Source of the DNA: Spirochaetia bacterium | Lineage (GTDB): Bacteria; Spirochaetota; Spirochaetia; WTKD01; G963693115 | DNA length: 64,000 nucleotides | Reading direction: 5' to 3' | Assembly: GCA_965226055.1 (NCBI GenBank) | Contig: CBDDCA010000005.1 | Coordinates: 640,001 to 704,000, forward strand | Shown: in pieces, positions 31,431-42,090 of the stretch | How the letters are laid out: the number at the start of each line of letters is the position of its first letter | Position numbering within the stretch: the stretch's first letter is position 1 | Notes under the pieces: model-generated | What the model was told of the DNA's origin: nothing | The model's database searches: none | Seen by the model: only the letters and a program-made list of their open reading frames with translations | Position numbers and translations under genes: made by a program

Positions 31431-32738
31431 TTAGCGGGTAATCATTCCCATAGATTCGGGGATAATCATTGATATCCACGGTATATATACTACCAAGAAT
31501 AAACATATCACCATCGCTATAAAAAATGGAATAAGCATTCGCGATACATGTTCAATTTTAGTATTGGAAATACTACATCCTACAAACAATACGCTTCCGA
31601 CAGGAGGGGTGATGTTTCCTATGCACATGTTAAAGATAAACATTATACCAAAATGTACAGGATGTATACCTAACTGTGTTGCTATGGGTAAAAATATTGG
31701 AGTAAATATCAAAATCGCAGGGGTAATATCCATAAAGGTACCGACAAACAAGAGTATTATACTTATCAAAAATAATAGCACATATTTATTTGATGAAAGA
31801 GAAAGAAGAGAAGAGCTTATCAATTCGGGCATGCTGGTATAACTCATAAGCCATGACATGACTGAAGATGCAGATATTAAAAATAAAATAATGGAGCTTG
31901 TACATGCTGATGTATATACTATTCTAATGAATTTTTTTATGGTCATTGATCTATATATCACAGACAAAAGCAATGAATATACAACGGCTATAGCTGAGCC
32001 TTCTGTGGCAGTAAATATGCCTCCTACAATACCACCAATAACGATGATAATTAACAGTAAGCTGGGTATGGCTTGCAGTATAATTTTGATTTTTTGCTTC
32101 ATAGCAACACGGGGAAATACAGGGTAGTTATGTTTTTTTGCAAAGAAATATGCCACTACCATGATGCTCACTCCTAAAAGAATACCGGGAAGATACCCTG
32201 CTATAAACAATGCACTGACCGATGTTCCTCCGCTGACTAAGGCATATACTATTACCGAACCACTGGGGGGAATTAACAAGCCTGATGGGGCTGATGCAAT
32301 ATTAACAGCAGCGGAAAAGTTTTTATCGTAGCCATCTTTCTCTTCAATGGGTCCCATTATTCCGCCTATGGCTGCCGCTGCTGCAACAGATGAACCTGAT
32401 ACTGATCCAAACAACATGTTTGCTATAACATTGGTATGAGCCAGCGCGCCAGGTAATCTTCCTCCTATCAATTTTGCTACATTGATAAAACGTATAGCTA
32501 TGTTCCCTTCGTTCATTATGTTGCCTGCTAATATAAAAAATGGCATTGCTAATATAGAGAAACTGTCTATGCCCGAAAAAAATCGTTTTGCTGTTATTGA
32601 TACTGCTAGGCTAGGCTCTACTACTAAGAAAATTGCAATAAGTGATGAAAATCCTATGCTTACGGCAATGGGCATACCTATTGCCAATAACAGCACAAAT
32701 AGTATAATCAATACAGAAGCGACTACCAATACACTCAT
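31431..32738 (-). CDS. TRAP transporter large permease (DctM family)
   Basis: AMPFFILAG, FGSVSGSS, IPPS, FTATE, ITPPVG. Confidence 0.94.
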   Translation of the reverse strand: MSVLVVASVLIILFVLLLAIGMPIAVSIGFSSLIAIFLVVEPSLAVSITAKRFFSGIDSFSILAMPFFILAGNIMNEGNIAIRFINVAKLIGGRLPGALAHTNVIANMLFGSVSGSSVAAAAAIGGIMGPIEEKDGYDKNFSAAVNIASAPSGLLIPPSGSVIVYALVSGGTSVSALFIAGYLPGILLGVSIMVVAYFFAKKHNYPVFPRVAMKQKIKIILQAIPSLLLIIIVIGGIVGGIFTATEGSAIAVVYSLLLSVIYRSMTIKKFIRIVYTSACTSSIILFLISASSVMSWLMSYTSMPELISSSLLSLSSNKYVLLFLISIILLFVGTFMDITPAILIFTPIFLPIATQLGIHPVHFGIMFIFNMCIGNITPPVGSVLFVGCSISNTKIEHVSRMLIPFFIAMVICLFLVVYIPWISMIIPESMGMITR

Positions 32739-33217
32739 AATGCCTGTTTTCCACGTATATCTTCTATAATATTTATTATTTGAAATATAACAATAAGCAT
32801 CATACTGATAGGAATACATAAATATACATAGCCCATCTGCCATCTCATTATTGCAGATACCTGAGAAAAATTATCTCTCACTACAATAACCCCTCCAATG
32901 CTTATTAACAATGCAAAAATAATAATCAAAACCGAAAGAATTGTGTTGTAATATTTTCTCAGCCACGCATTTTTCTGTGAAACGCGTTCTTTTATTACAG
33001 TAAAGGCGGTATGTTGATTTTTTAAGAATACATAGGAACTGCCAATAAGTCCCAACCAAATCATAGCATATCGCGATAATTCTTCCGAAAAAGTGAGAGG
33101 GGCATTAAACACATACCGCATTATCACCCCCATTGTTACCAATACTATAAGAAGCATCATCAATAAAGAGATTACTGCTAAAACAGTAATCTCTAATATC
33201 TTTTTTATTCTTGTCAT
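32735..33217 (-). CDS. TRAP transporter small permease (DctQ family)
   Basis: RYVFN, SEELSRY; 4 TM helices. Confidence 0.92.
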   Translation of the reverse strand: MTRIKKILEITVLAVISLLMMLLIVLVTMGVIMRYVFNAPLTFSEELSRYAMIWLGLIGSSYVFLKNQHTAFTVIKERVSQKNAWLRKYYNTILSVLIIIFALLISIGGVIVVRDNFSQVSAIMRWQMGYVYLCIPISMMLIVIFQIINIIEDIRGKQAL

Positions 33218-33229
33218 TGTGCAGTAATT

Positions 33230-34231
33230 TTAGTATTGTTCTTTGAGTGCCGTGATTTGATCTATTAACAATGCCATTTCAGCATCTTGCTTAAATTCTT
33301 CTATGAGAGGTTGTACTTTTTCAAAAAAGGCCTCTTTGTCCACATTGTCCATAAACTGCACTCCTAATTTTTCTGCTTCCTGTCTTGCTATGGCTTGTTG
33401 CTCTTTCCAGAGGATAATCTCTTCGTCTGAGGCAGCCTTAAATTCGGTCGATATCAATGTTTTAGCATCATCGTCAAGTTTCGCCCATGTTTTTGCTCCT
33501 ACTATAAGCAAGTCAGGAATAGTGGTGTGTCCATCCATAGAGTAGAACTTAGCAACTTCACCATGCTTTTGTTCTGTTAATGCTAACATGTTATTTTCTG
33601 CACCGTCAACGACCCCTTGTTGTATAGATACATACACATCATTAAATGGAATAATGGTAGGTGTTCCTCCTAATAATTGTATCATACGAGTGGCTACATT
33701 TGAATTCATCACTCGCACTTTCACGCCTTCTAAGTCTTCGGGAGTTTCAATAAACTTTGTCTTTGTATAAAAATTTCTTGTGCCTGCATCAAAAAAGGTT
33801 ATTGGCATAAAGCCTTTGTCTAGAGATGCTTCAAACATTTCTGCTACAAAATCACTGTTCATGACTGCATAAAAATGCTGATCGTTCTTAAACATATAGG
33901 GCAAGCTAAATACAGCATAGTTTTCATCAAACCCTTCTAAAAAGGAAGCTGATACTTTCATAAAATCTAACAATCCATTACGAACCTGCTCTATCATTTC
34001 AGTATCTTTACCGAGAGTGGCATTAGGAAATATTGTAATAGTAATTCTTCCATCAGATTTTTCCTTTATGCGTTCTACTGCATTATCCAATGCAATATGT
34101 ACTGGATGACTCTCCGTAAAGTTATGCCCTAACTTTAAGGTCATAGTAGCAGATTCCTTTTCACCATTGGCAAAAACAACTGCTGAGAAAAACACACACA
34201 ATATACCTACTAGGTACATACTTTTTTTCAT
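33230..34231 (-). CDS. TRAP transporter substrate-binding protein (DctP family)
   Basis: Signal peptide, GTRNFY, GVKVRVM, GVVDGAENN. Confidence 0.94.
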   Translation of the reverse strand: MKKSMYLVGILCVFFSAVVFANGEKESATMTLKLGHNFTESHPVHIALDNAVERIKEKSDGRITITIFPNATLGKDTEMIEQVRNGLLDFMKVSASFLEGFDENYAVFSLPYMFKNDQHFYAVMNSDFVAEMFEASLDKGFMPITFFDAGTRNFYTKTKFIETPEDLEGVKVRVMNSNVATRMIQLLGGTPTIIPFNDVYVSIQQGVVDGAENNMLALTEQKHGEVAKFYSMDGHTTIPDLLIVGAKTWAKLDDDAKTLISTEFKAASDEEIILWKEQQAIARQEAEKLGVQFMDNVDKEAFFEKVQPLIEEFKQDAEMALLIDQITALKEQY

Positions 34232-34297
34232 AATTACCTCCTCATGAAATTAATTGTATTACTATATATAGCATACCATAAGTGAGCATATTTTTCT

Positions 34298-34390
34298 GGG
34301 AGTTTGGGGACATGTGTGGATTCAAGGAGTAAGTGCGACAGCAAAGGGCTTAGCAGGGATTACAGAACAAAAATACTTTCATTACAGACT
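34298..34390 (+). repeat. Dispersed intergenic element, degenerate copy B
   Basis: 34315-34340 TGTGGATTCAAGGAGTAAGTGCGACA matches the copy A/C core at 23/26. It is preceded by GGGAGTTTGGGG, like copy C (GGTGGTTTGGGGGG). Confidence 0.75.
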
Positions 34391-34427
34391 CTAATATTTT
34401 TTTCTACAAATACCTTACCATTCTTAA

Positions 34428-37019
34428 TTATTTCTTATTAGGAAACAAATGTTGTCGCTTAAACCCTAACTCACTTACCAATTTATCTTTATCTTTATAG
34501 CTTATAGTATGCATGCGACAATGTTGAAAAACTATATATTTAATTATTTGTTCAGCTGTTTTTGAAAAATTTTTATCTTTATCTTTCATATTTTTTGATA
34601 TATTAACAATCTGAAGTTCTTTAGAATACCACATCAAAATACTATGTTTAATTAAAAAAGATACTGGTGTATCTAAATGATCACAAACTGCACTGATAAT
34701 ATTTCTTAAATTATCACTACCTAAAGAATGTGCTGTTTTATGAACAACTCCAAAAATAGTTCCAAAAACAAGATTATAAAATATTTGAATTGCTATTTCT
34801 CTTAATTTTTCTTTTGGTATTTCTTTATTTGCTTCCTTCATTACCTTGTATAACCTTTCTTTAATATATTCTTGTATATCACTATCATTATCTTTGATAA
34901 AATCAATAAAAGAATTTAAAAGTCTTAAATTGGCTTGCATGCCTTTTTTACAAATTTCTTCTAAATCTGACTTTCGCAAAGATCCTGAACGATTTTTTAT
35001 GATTCTTCCCATTACCTCAACAGTTCTGATAGTTTTTCTAATTTCTTCTGATAACCTATCTTCATCTTCTCCTTGCAAATCTTCCTTTCTGGTATTTTCT
35101 ACTTCTTGGGAATACTTATCTTCTCTCTGCAATTCTTCCTCTTTATCCTCTTTTTTAAGTTCTTCTTCTCTAGTACTTTCTACTGTTTCATCATTTCCAG
35201 GAAGTACAAACTCAAAGTCTATATATTCATCTAAAAAACCTACTTCATCTTTTCTTAAATGAGATGGTGGATATTTCTCAAATAAATTGTCAGCATTTGA
35301 TAGTATTTTTTGAATAAATTCATCATCTTTTAAGTGATGAGATATAAAGATAATAATATAAGCATTTTCATTTTTATGGAGATTATCTATCATATTTTCA
35401 ATATAATTTTTAGATTCAATTTTAGATTCATTTTTATTAATACTTTCTGATAAAAATTTAGCCACAAAATAAAAATATATATAATCATAATAAAAACGCG
35501 TAGTTCCAAAAGAGCTTTTTACTAATATTTTTGCACTATCTAATTTTTGTAATAAAATATTTGGTTTAATAGGGAGATTATACATTTCTTGATATTTTTC
35601 TATAAAATCATCCAATTCTTCACCCCCACATTCTTTTATCTTTTCTGTTAGAAAAAAATACGCTATCTCTGTCAAAAAATTAAGATAAATATCTATATCT
35701 TCCTTTTTAACTTCTTTCCTTAATAAAATATAAATCAATGCTTGATAACAATGACCTTGGGAGGTTATATTTGTATCTAATGAATTTTGATTAAACTGAC
35801 TAAGAATAGTTAATATAAAGAAAGGATACGAAGGGATAATACCATTACTGTCTATCACTTTCCCTAGTGTTGTATTGACTAATTCAGTGTTTTTATCTAT
35901 TTGTTGATATTTTTTATTATCATTACATTGATTATCATCTGTTAAAGATGACCATTTTTCAATTAATTTATATCTCTGAGAAGGAATATATTCTTTAATC
36001 CTAAAATGCTTAAATTTTCTTATCATCTCTTTATTTTGTATATTTAACCCAGAAATATCATCTATCACTAAAATAGAAAATCCTCCATACATATTCTCTA
36101 TATTTTCTATTATTTTCTGTTTATTTCTTGCTTTATGAAAATCATCTATAATAGGAATAATTCTATCTTTAATTTCTGGAAATTTTAAATCTTCAGATTT
36201 ATATTGATCATAAAAAGCTTTTTTGATGTTTTGGCTTATATCGGATGTTCGTTCAATATCATTACCATGAATATACACTGGCAATTTCTTTTTATCTCTT
36301 AATGTAGTAAATAGCCTTTTACACAGCACTGTTTTTCCAGATTGATCTTCTCCAATAATTACTATATCTTTATACTCTAAAATATTATCTTCTAAAGTGG
36401 AAAATTCTATATCATCTTCCATTTTATCTCTCAAATCATCATAACACTCTAATTGAGGACAAACAAAAATATCATCCAATAAGATCTTTTCTTTATTATG
36501 ATGTGCATTTGTCAAGACTTGCGTATCTTGTAACCATTTTTCAGAACTATCTGTTACTATAATAGAATTAAATTTTTGCACATATTCAATATGCTTTTTA
36601 ATAGATTGATAAATATCTTCCCATGCTTTATTTTCATTATCAAAATCTGATACAGGCTTTCCATCCGTTGGGACAGCTAACAAATCTTTAAGCTCAGTTA
36701 CTTTCCATAAACAAGTTGATAGTATGATAGGAATAACAATAACACCATTCTCTTTCAATTCAAAAGCTACCTTCATTTCATCTTTACATGCTTGAGATGA
36801 TAAAAAATTATCAGAAACAAATAATAAGATAATATCAGGATTAGTTAACTTTTCTTCAATGATTTTTTGAAATGTTGATCCTGCTAGAATTTCTGTATCA
36901 CGCCATAGACATACATTATATGTATTTTTTATTGGTTCAAAATATTTTTCAAAACTACTAATTTTATTCTCATCTTCATGAGAATAACTTATAAAAATTT
37001 CTATCTGCTTTTGCTCCAT
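34428..37019 (-). CDS. TIR-domain STAND/NACHT-like ATPase, candidate antiphage NLR-like protein
   Basis: IFISYSHED, LWRD, FLSSQACKDEM (TIR with catalytic Glu); GEDQSGKT Walker A; IIDDFH Walker B; long helical C-terminus; very AT-rich. Confidence 0.85.
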   Translation of the reverse strand: MEQKQIEIFISYSHEDENKISSFEKYFEPIKNTYNVCLWRDTEILAGSTFQKIIEEKLTNPDIILLFVSDNFLSSQACKDEMKVAFELKENGVIVIPIILSTCLWKVTELKDLLAVPTDGKPVSDFDNENKAWEDIYQSIKKHIEYVQKFNSIIVTDSSEKWLQDTQVLTNAHHNKEKILLDDIFVCPQLECYDDLRDKMEDDIEFSTLEDNILEYKDIVIIGEDQSGKTVLCKRLFTTLRDKKKLPVYIHGNDIERTSDISQNIKKAFYDQYKSEDLKFPEIKDRIIPIIDDFHKARNKQKIIENIENMYGGFSILVIDDISGLNIQNKEMIRKFKHFRIKEYIPSQRYKLIEKWSSLTDDNQCNDNKKYQQIDKNTELVNTTLGKVIDSNGIIPSYPFFILTILSQFNQNSLDTNITSQGHCYQALIYILLRKEVKKEDIDIYLNFLTEIAYFFLTEKIKECGGEELDDFIEKYQEMYNLPIKPNILLQKLDSAKILVKSSFGTTRFYYDYIYFYFVAKFLSESINKNESKIESKNYIENMIDNLHKNENAYIIIFISHHLKDDEFIQKILSNADNLFEKYPPSHLRKDEVGFLDEYIDFEFVLPGNDETVESTREEELKKEDKEEELQREDKYSQEVENTRKEDLQGEDEDRLSEEIRKTIRTVEVMGRIIKNRSGSLRKSDLEEICKKGMQANLRLLNSFIDFIKDNDSDIQEYIKERLYKVMKEANKEIPKEKLREIAIQIFYNLVFGTIFGVVHKTAHSLGSDNLRNIISAVCDHLDTPVSFLIKHSILMWYSKELQIVNISKNMKDKDKNFSKTAEQIIKYIVFQHCRMHTISYKDKDKLVSELGFKRQHLFPNKK

Positions 37020-37139
37020 ACTTTTTCCTTCATTAATATTATTAATAAACATTTATACTTATAGTATATTACTTTTACATATTTTGTACAGTGTATATTC
37101 CTCACTATCGCACACACTTTATAGTATGCTAAATATAGT

Positions 37140-38180
37140 ATGTCTCGCTCCATTCATATCATCACTTTTATATTCTTTCTCTTAATAATACCATGTACTG
37201 CAAAGGCACAGTCTCTGTCTTCCCTTGCTTCTATACTGAACAATATAAAAAACAAAGTTGATACTACTTTTCACCTTTCAAGTCTTTCTAGCATTGTTGC
37301 TACTCCTATATCAGACAATACTTATTTTAGCTCTCTTACAAAGAACAACACAGATATGTTTCACTCTCCACAGCAAAATACACACAGTCAAGCATACAAC
37401 AACAATCAATATCAGTTTGAAGTATCTATAAATACCAGTGCTGTTGCAAGCAATCTTTGGTATCTTATGACAACAACCAATCGATTTGATGAAGTACTAA
37501 CAAAGGAAATGATAGGAGCTAGTACCACAATACAAATGCGATTAAAGCCTTGGACTCCCCCACTTACGCTAGGGTTTCATCTTGGAAACTTAGCTCTCCG
37601 TTTTGATAGTATGCAATTACGTTGGTACAGTATGGGAGCACATGTTCACTATACGATATTGAAACAAAATAACACATGGCAACCAACATTTTCCACTATG
37701 CTGTTGTACGCCTATTCTTTTTTTGGAATATACTATCCACTTTCAACAGTAGAAATTCAAGGAATTGATAATTTGGATAGTGATTTTAGAGTAAAACTTG
37801 ATACTCCTGCGTTACAGTTTGATGCAAATATACATAGTATTGCATGGCGTGTTATTATACATAAAACATGGAATAGCATTACACCATTTCTTTTGCTAGA
37901 ACCTGCTCTCTATATCAGTGATGTATCAACTGTAACTGACGGTATTATTTATTTAAGTGAAGATAAAGGAAAAACATACACAAAAGAGACTTCGCTAAAA
38001 GCTATAGCCAGCAACTTCCTCAATAGAAACGGACTGAACGATAGTCAATCATCAATAAAAGGGTCCTTGCAACTCATCGGAGGGACTCAGTTTGCTATTG
38101 GAGCAACTCAAATGACATTCCAAATTGGGTTTGATTTTATCTCTTTTTACAGTACTTTTGGTATTAGTCTGCAACTCTGA
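37140..38180 (+). CDS. Hypothetical exported protein, probable outer-membrane beta-barrel
   Basis: Signal peptide ending AKA; alternating hydrophobic strands; C-terminal FGISLQL. Confidence 0.55.
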   Translation: MSRSIHIITFIFFLLIIPCTAKAQSLSSLASILNNIKNKVDTTFHLSSLSSIVATPISDNTYFSSLTKNNTDMFHSPQQNTHSQAYNNNQYQFEVSINTSAVASNLWYLMTTTNRFDEVLTKEMIGASTTIQMRLKPWTPPLTLGFHLGNLALRFDSMQLRWYSMGAHVHYTILKQNNTWQPTFSTMLLYAYSFFGIYYPLSTVEIQGIDNLDSDFRVKLDTPALQFDANIHSIAWRVIIHKTWNSITPFLLLEPALYISDVSTVTDGIIYLSEDKGKTYTKETSLKAIASNFLNRNGLNDSQSSIKGSLQLIGGTQFAIGATQMTFQIGFDFISFYSTFGISLQL

Positions 38181-38204
38181 TACCACTTTGTTATTACTAG
38201 TAGC

Positions 38205-39557
38205 TTATCGAAATTGTAATAACCAGTGTAAGCCAATTATGTAATGTATAATAGCTGTGCTTTCATGTTGTATGGCATCTGCTTGCCCCCATTCCCCAAT
38301 GTATTCTTCAATATCTTCCTGTACTTGTCCACTTACTGCTTTTAAGTCTGCAATAAATTTTCTGACTTGCTCTATAGCAATAAGAGCGTCTTTTTCATGA
38401 TGGATGATATATATTTTTCCTGATAATTTCCATGGCGTGATACTATCTTTTTTTATTTGCTCCCACATACCAGCGTATACAGGGTCCGTAGCATGATTAT
38501 CAATAAAATTACGCGTATAGGTTTCTGCCATAACCGAACTCAGTAAATTGTCTATGTATTTTTCTGTATGGTCTCCACTAAACATATCGACAAAATCTAA
38601 GCTCGCATAGGGACTATTATAAATAGTATCGTAGTCTATACCTATATCTATTCCTACATCCTTAAGCGATTTATATCCCTGTAATGTATAAGGGATAAAT
38701 GCTTCAAGAGATGTTTTTTCAGTTTGCAAAAACGATGTTAAAAATGTTCGTAAATCATATACACCAGCAGAGCTTACTCCTCCCACTATCGTATATTTAG
38801 AAGCATAGTGAGGATCAGTATTAAGTTCACGATATACATGGGTAGTAAGCCATGCTCCATGAGAAAATCCAACAAGTACGATTTTCTTTGTGTTAATAGG
38901 AATCCCTATAGCTTTATATTCGTCTACTGCTGCATCTAAGCCTTTTATAATATCTTTTACTAATATCTTAGAATACATAAAAGGATGCATCTTGTCTTTA
39001 CTCGCTCCTAAGCCTACAAAGTCAGGTTGGTACACAGCAAATCCAGTACTTGCGGTCAGTAATAAAGGATGCAGGTGCGGATCAAATCCTGATATTGCAT
39101 CTAAACTAAAATCTCTGTTTTTTGCAAGTACTTCGGTGGGAGCAAGACTGTTTTCTACTACTGTATGATGCATGGTAACAAACAAAGGCCACCCATCTTC
39201 TGGAGGGGAAGCAGTAGGATACATCAACGCAGCACTTGACTGTATTGATTCTTGCTTATATGTGCTTTCAAAAACAATATTTTTTGTTTTTACATTATAC
39301 TTTATTGCTTCTCTTATTGCTTGTAAATGATCGACTGGATCATCTGATTTCCAGCTATACTTTCTTGTTGCTAAATCTGCAAAATTGAAAAAAAGCTCAA
39401 TTTCATCATAATAATATCCTATCTCACCTGAGGAAGAATCTTTAGGAAACGAGTTTTCAAAATCAATGCCACAGGATATATATCCTGTAACAAATACTAT
39501 GAGCAATAGGTACATAGCCATAGAGAACGCAGTTATTTTTTTATGTACTAATTTCAT
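38205..39557 (-). CDS. Alpha/beta hydrolase lipoprotein (secretory lipase-like)
   Basis: YISC lipobox, PDFVGLG, GFSHG nucleophile elbow, HHEKD...HES triad candidates. Confidence 0.85.
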   Translation of the reverse strand: MKLVHKKITAFSMAMYLLLIVFVTGYISCGIDFENSFPKDSSSGEIGYYYDEIELFFNFADLATRKYSWKSDDPVDHLQAIREAIKYNVKTKNIVFESTYKQESIQSSAALMYPTASPPEDGWPLFVTMHHTVVENSLAPTEVLAKNRDFSLDAISGFDPHLHPLLLTASTGFAVYQPDFVGLGASKDKMHPFMYSKILVKDIIKGLDAAVDEYKAIGIPINTKKIVLVGFSHGAWLTTHVYRELNTDPHYASKYTIVGGVSSAGVYDLRTFLTSFLQTEKTSLEAFIPYTLQGYKSLKDVGIDIGIDYDTIYNSPYASLDFVDMFSGDHTEKYIDNLLSSVMAETYTRNFIDNHATDPVYAGMWEQIKKDSITPWKLSGKIYIIHHEKDALIAIEQVRKFIADLKAVSGQVQEDIEEYIGEWGQADAIQHESTAIIHYIIGLHWLLQFR

Positions 39558-39652
39558 ACACATATTGTACACTATATTATATAGCATATAGCATTTCTAC
39601 ACTAACGAACAAATAGTGCTACACTATATAAAACACACAAAGGATACACATA

Positions 39653-40564
39653 ATGAAAGTAAGCGTATTGATTGACGGTGGGTACTTACATAAAATACTC
39701 AAAAAATATAATGTACATATTGATGAAAAGGCTATTCACACTATTGTTACCTCTTCTCTTGATAAAAAAGAAATATTACACAAAATAGTATACTATGATT
39801 GTCGCCCTTACAAATTTGAAAATGAAGATACAAACGGAGAAGACACAACGTTTGAAAAAAATAATCAGTTATTAGATACTTTAGCAAAACAAGATCAGTA
39901 TGTGCTACGTCTCGGTAAACTCATGTTTTTAGGCAGAAACGACAAAGGGCATCCTCTGTTAGTACAAAAAGGAGTAGACATTCGCATTGCATTAGATATA
40001 GCTCGCATCATTATGGTAGGAAAAATTGATCGCCTTATTATTATCACAGGCGATACTGATTTAGTCCCTGCAATGCAAATGGCACGTTCCTATGATATAC
40101 AAATAGTAGCCATAAATATAGAGCATCTTGCATATGATCTGTATTCTCATTCAGATTTCGTTCGTACTATTGATATAGAAAAACTTGTCAAAAAGAAAGT
40201 ATTGAAAAAATTTAAGAAACAAAAGTCACTTCTAGAAAGTACTATAAAGAAAAGGAATGTAAAATCAAAGCTCATACATAAACCTGCTACTGCTATACCT
40301 ACAAATAATTCTGAAGATAAAGATACGAAAAAAAAGCTGAAGATACAACTAAAAAAATCTTCTAAATCTCAGCGTGTCCCTGAGACACATAAGTCATCAG
40401 ACAGTACCTCAGTAAGTCCTAACCCTAGCAAAAGTAATGTAGTTAAATCTTTATATGGAGAGAAAATATTACCTGATACTGATGGAGTTACTGATCTACG
40501 TCAAAGTACTAAAAAGATAAAAAAAGAACAGAAAAAAATTGAAGAAGAAAAACAAAAAAACTAA
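39653..40564 (+). CDS. NYN (LabA/DUF88) PIN-like nuclease domain protein with Lys-rich tail
   Basis: LIDGGY, QKGVDIRIALD, TGDTDLVPA. Confidence 0.9.
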   Translation: MKVSVLIDGGYLHKILKKYNVHIDEKAIHTIVTSSLDKKEILHKIVYYDCRPYKFENEDTNGEDTTFEKNNQLLDTLAKQDQYVLRLGKLMFLGRNDKGHPLLVQKGVDIRIALDIARIIMVGKIDRLIIITGDTDLVPAMQMARSYDIQIVAINIEHLAYDLYSHSDFVRTIDIEKLVKKKVLKKFKKQKSLLESTIKKRNVKSKLIHKPATAIPTNNSEDKDTKKKLKIQLKKSSKSQRVPETHKSSDSTSVSPNPSKSNVVKSLYGEKILPDTDGVTDLRQSTKKIKKEQKKIEEEKQKN

Positions 40565-40741
40565 AATATGCAGCTCCTGTAAAAAAACCAGTAGCATCTC
40601 GCAAAGGAAGAGCAAAAACTCCCTATAACAACAAGAGAGCAAAGCAAACACAATAACACCCTGTATACTCTGTCTACAGAAGATACACCAGATGAGATCA
40701 CTCCATTATAGTAGCAATATTGTTGTTTTTAAAAGATGGCA

Positions 40742-41161
40742 TTAAAATACTATGGCATCAATAGCATCGTCTGTATTCTTACTTTGTTTTACAATACGAA
40801 TAAAGACACGATTTGGCAAGCAGGCTAACCATTCGCCATTATTCTGAATAGGGCTAGATTTTATACATATCTTAAGTGGCCCTGGAGAATCTGTAACCGA
40901 TACTTTCTCATCTTTTATTATTACCGAAGTAACTCCAAGTGGCCCTTGAAAGCTAAGAGTGGCATTCTCCTGTAACTGATAGATAAATATATCTTGTGCT
41001 GTTTTAATTTCTACCTGAGACAGTCCTGTCCCTCTATCAAAAATAAACAAAGAGAGTATAACAAGCAAAACAAGATACCCTGCTATAATCACTGCATCAA
41101 GTGGCTTAACATAGCGTAGCACCTTCAATATTTTATAATGTATCGGTATCCTTTTTTTCAT
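40742..41161 (-). CDS. NusG domain II-containing protein
   Basis: N-terminal TM, SPGPLKIC, WLACLPNRVFI. Confidence 0.8.
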   Translation of the reverse strand: MKKRIPIHYKILKVLRYVKPLDAVIIAGYLVLLVILSLFIFDRGTGLSQVEIKTAQDIFIYQLQENATLSFQGPLGVTSVIIKDEKVSVTDSPGPLKICIKSSPIQNNGEWLACLPNRVFIRIVKQSKNTDDAIDAIVF

Positions 41162-42050
41162 TATTTGTAATAGCTGATATTTTTTTAAGAAATTCAGTTT
41201 TTTCTCTGCCACTTAAGGAGCTTGCATGTTCTACTATAGAAGCAATATTTTCATCAATAGTACTAGAAGGAATATCTTGATTTACTGTTTCATGATAGTG
41301 GGGGTGAAATAACTGTTTAAGAGCAGGATATTCGTTTGCATAAAATTTAGTTGTATGGAGTATATAATCACTAAACGCTTCACATGCAAGAGGACAGATT
41401 GTTTGAATAATGTTCATAATTTCCTGTGCATATACACGAATTTCATATTGAGCATGAGCATGAAGGCGTAAGTGCAGAAAATGAAACAGATTATGCAAAT
41501 CTATTTGCCAATACATTTCTGTAAATAAAGCCACAGGAAGACATATACGTGCAATTTCCCTCGCTATGCCTTTTTCTATTAACTGTTCATAGACAGCGTA
41601 CGCTTGTTCATACTGTGTACGTAACAAAGCTCTAATTTCATCTTGTTCTTGTGCTAACAGAGGAATATCTTCGCGTCCTTGCTTATTATTGGCACTCTGT
41701 TTTGTAATGTGTTGCCCCTCAGGAAGATAAAACTCTGATGGCATGACACTATAACGTGCAGATATCTCGTTCATCCGTGCAGTACGATGACGTTGCCACT
41801 GACGGGCTACAAACAATGGCAATTTCACATGAAATGTAAATACAACTTGTTCAAAAGGAGAAGTGTGAGCATTTCGTAATAGATACCGAATTAAGCCTCT
41901 ATCTTCACGCACTTTTTTCGTGCCTTCTCCATAAGACACACGAGCTGCATTTACAATAGTACTGTCATTTCCCAAATGTGCTACTAATCGTATAAAACCA
42001 TGATCAAGCACTTTTCTAATAGTATATATTTCTGTGTGTATATCGTTCAT
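41133..42050 (-). CDS. thyX: FAD-dependent thymidylate synthase
   Basis: AARVSY, HTSPFEQ, RQWQRHR..NEISARY, RLHAHAQYEIR. Confidence 0.96.
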   Translation of the reverse strand: MNDIHTEIYTIRKVLDHGFIRLVAHLGNDSTIVNAARVSYGEGTKKVREDRGLIRYLLRNAHTSPFEQVVFTFHVKLPLFVARQWQRHRTARMNEISARYSVMPSEFYLPEGQHITKQSANNKQGREDIPLLAQEQDEIRALLRTQYEQAYAVYEQLIEKGIAREIARICLPVALFTEMYWQIDLHNLFHFLHLRLHAHAQYEIRVYAQEIMNIIQTICPLACEAFSDYILHTTKFYANEYPALKQLFHPHYHETVNQDIPSSTIDENIASIVEHASSLSGREKTEFLKKISAITNNEKKDTDTL

Positions 42051-42090
42051 ATCTTTTATGGGGTATTCCCTTATTATACTAAATAATAGA

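Noticed and set aside
34260-34427. Integron attC sites after the solo accessory genes
   Set aside because: I could not find the RYYYAAC...GTTRRRY box architecture. There is no integrase and the genes are not in a tandem array.
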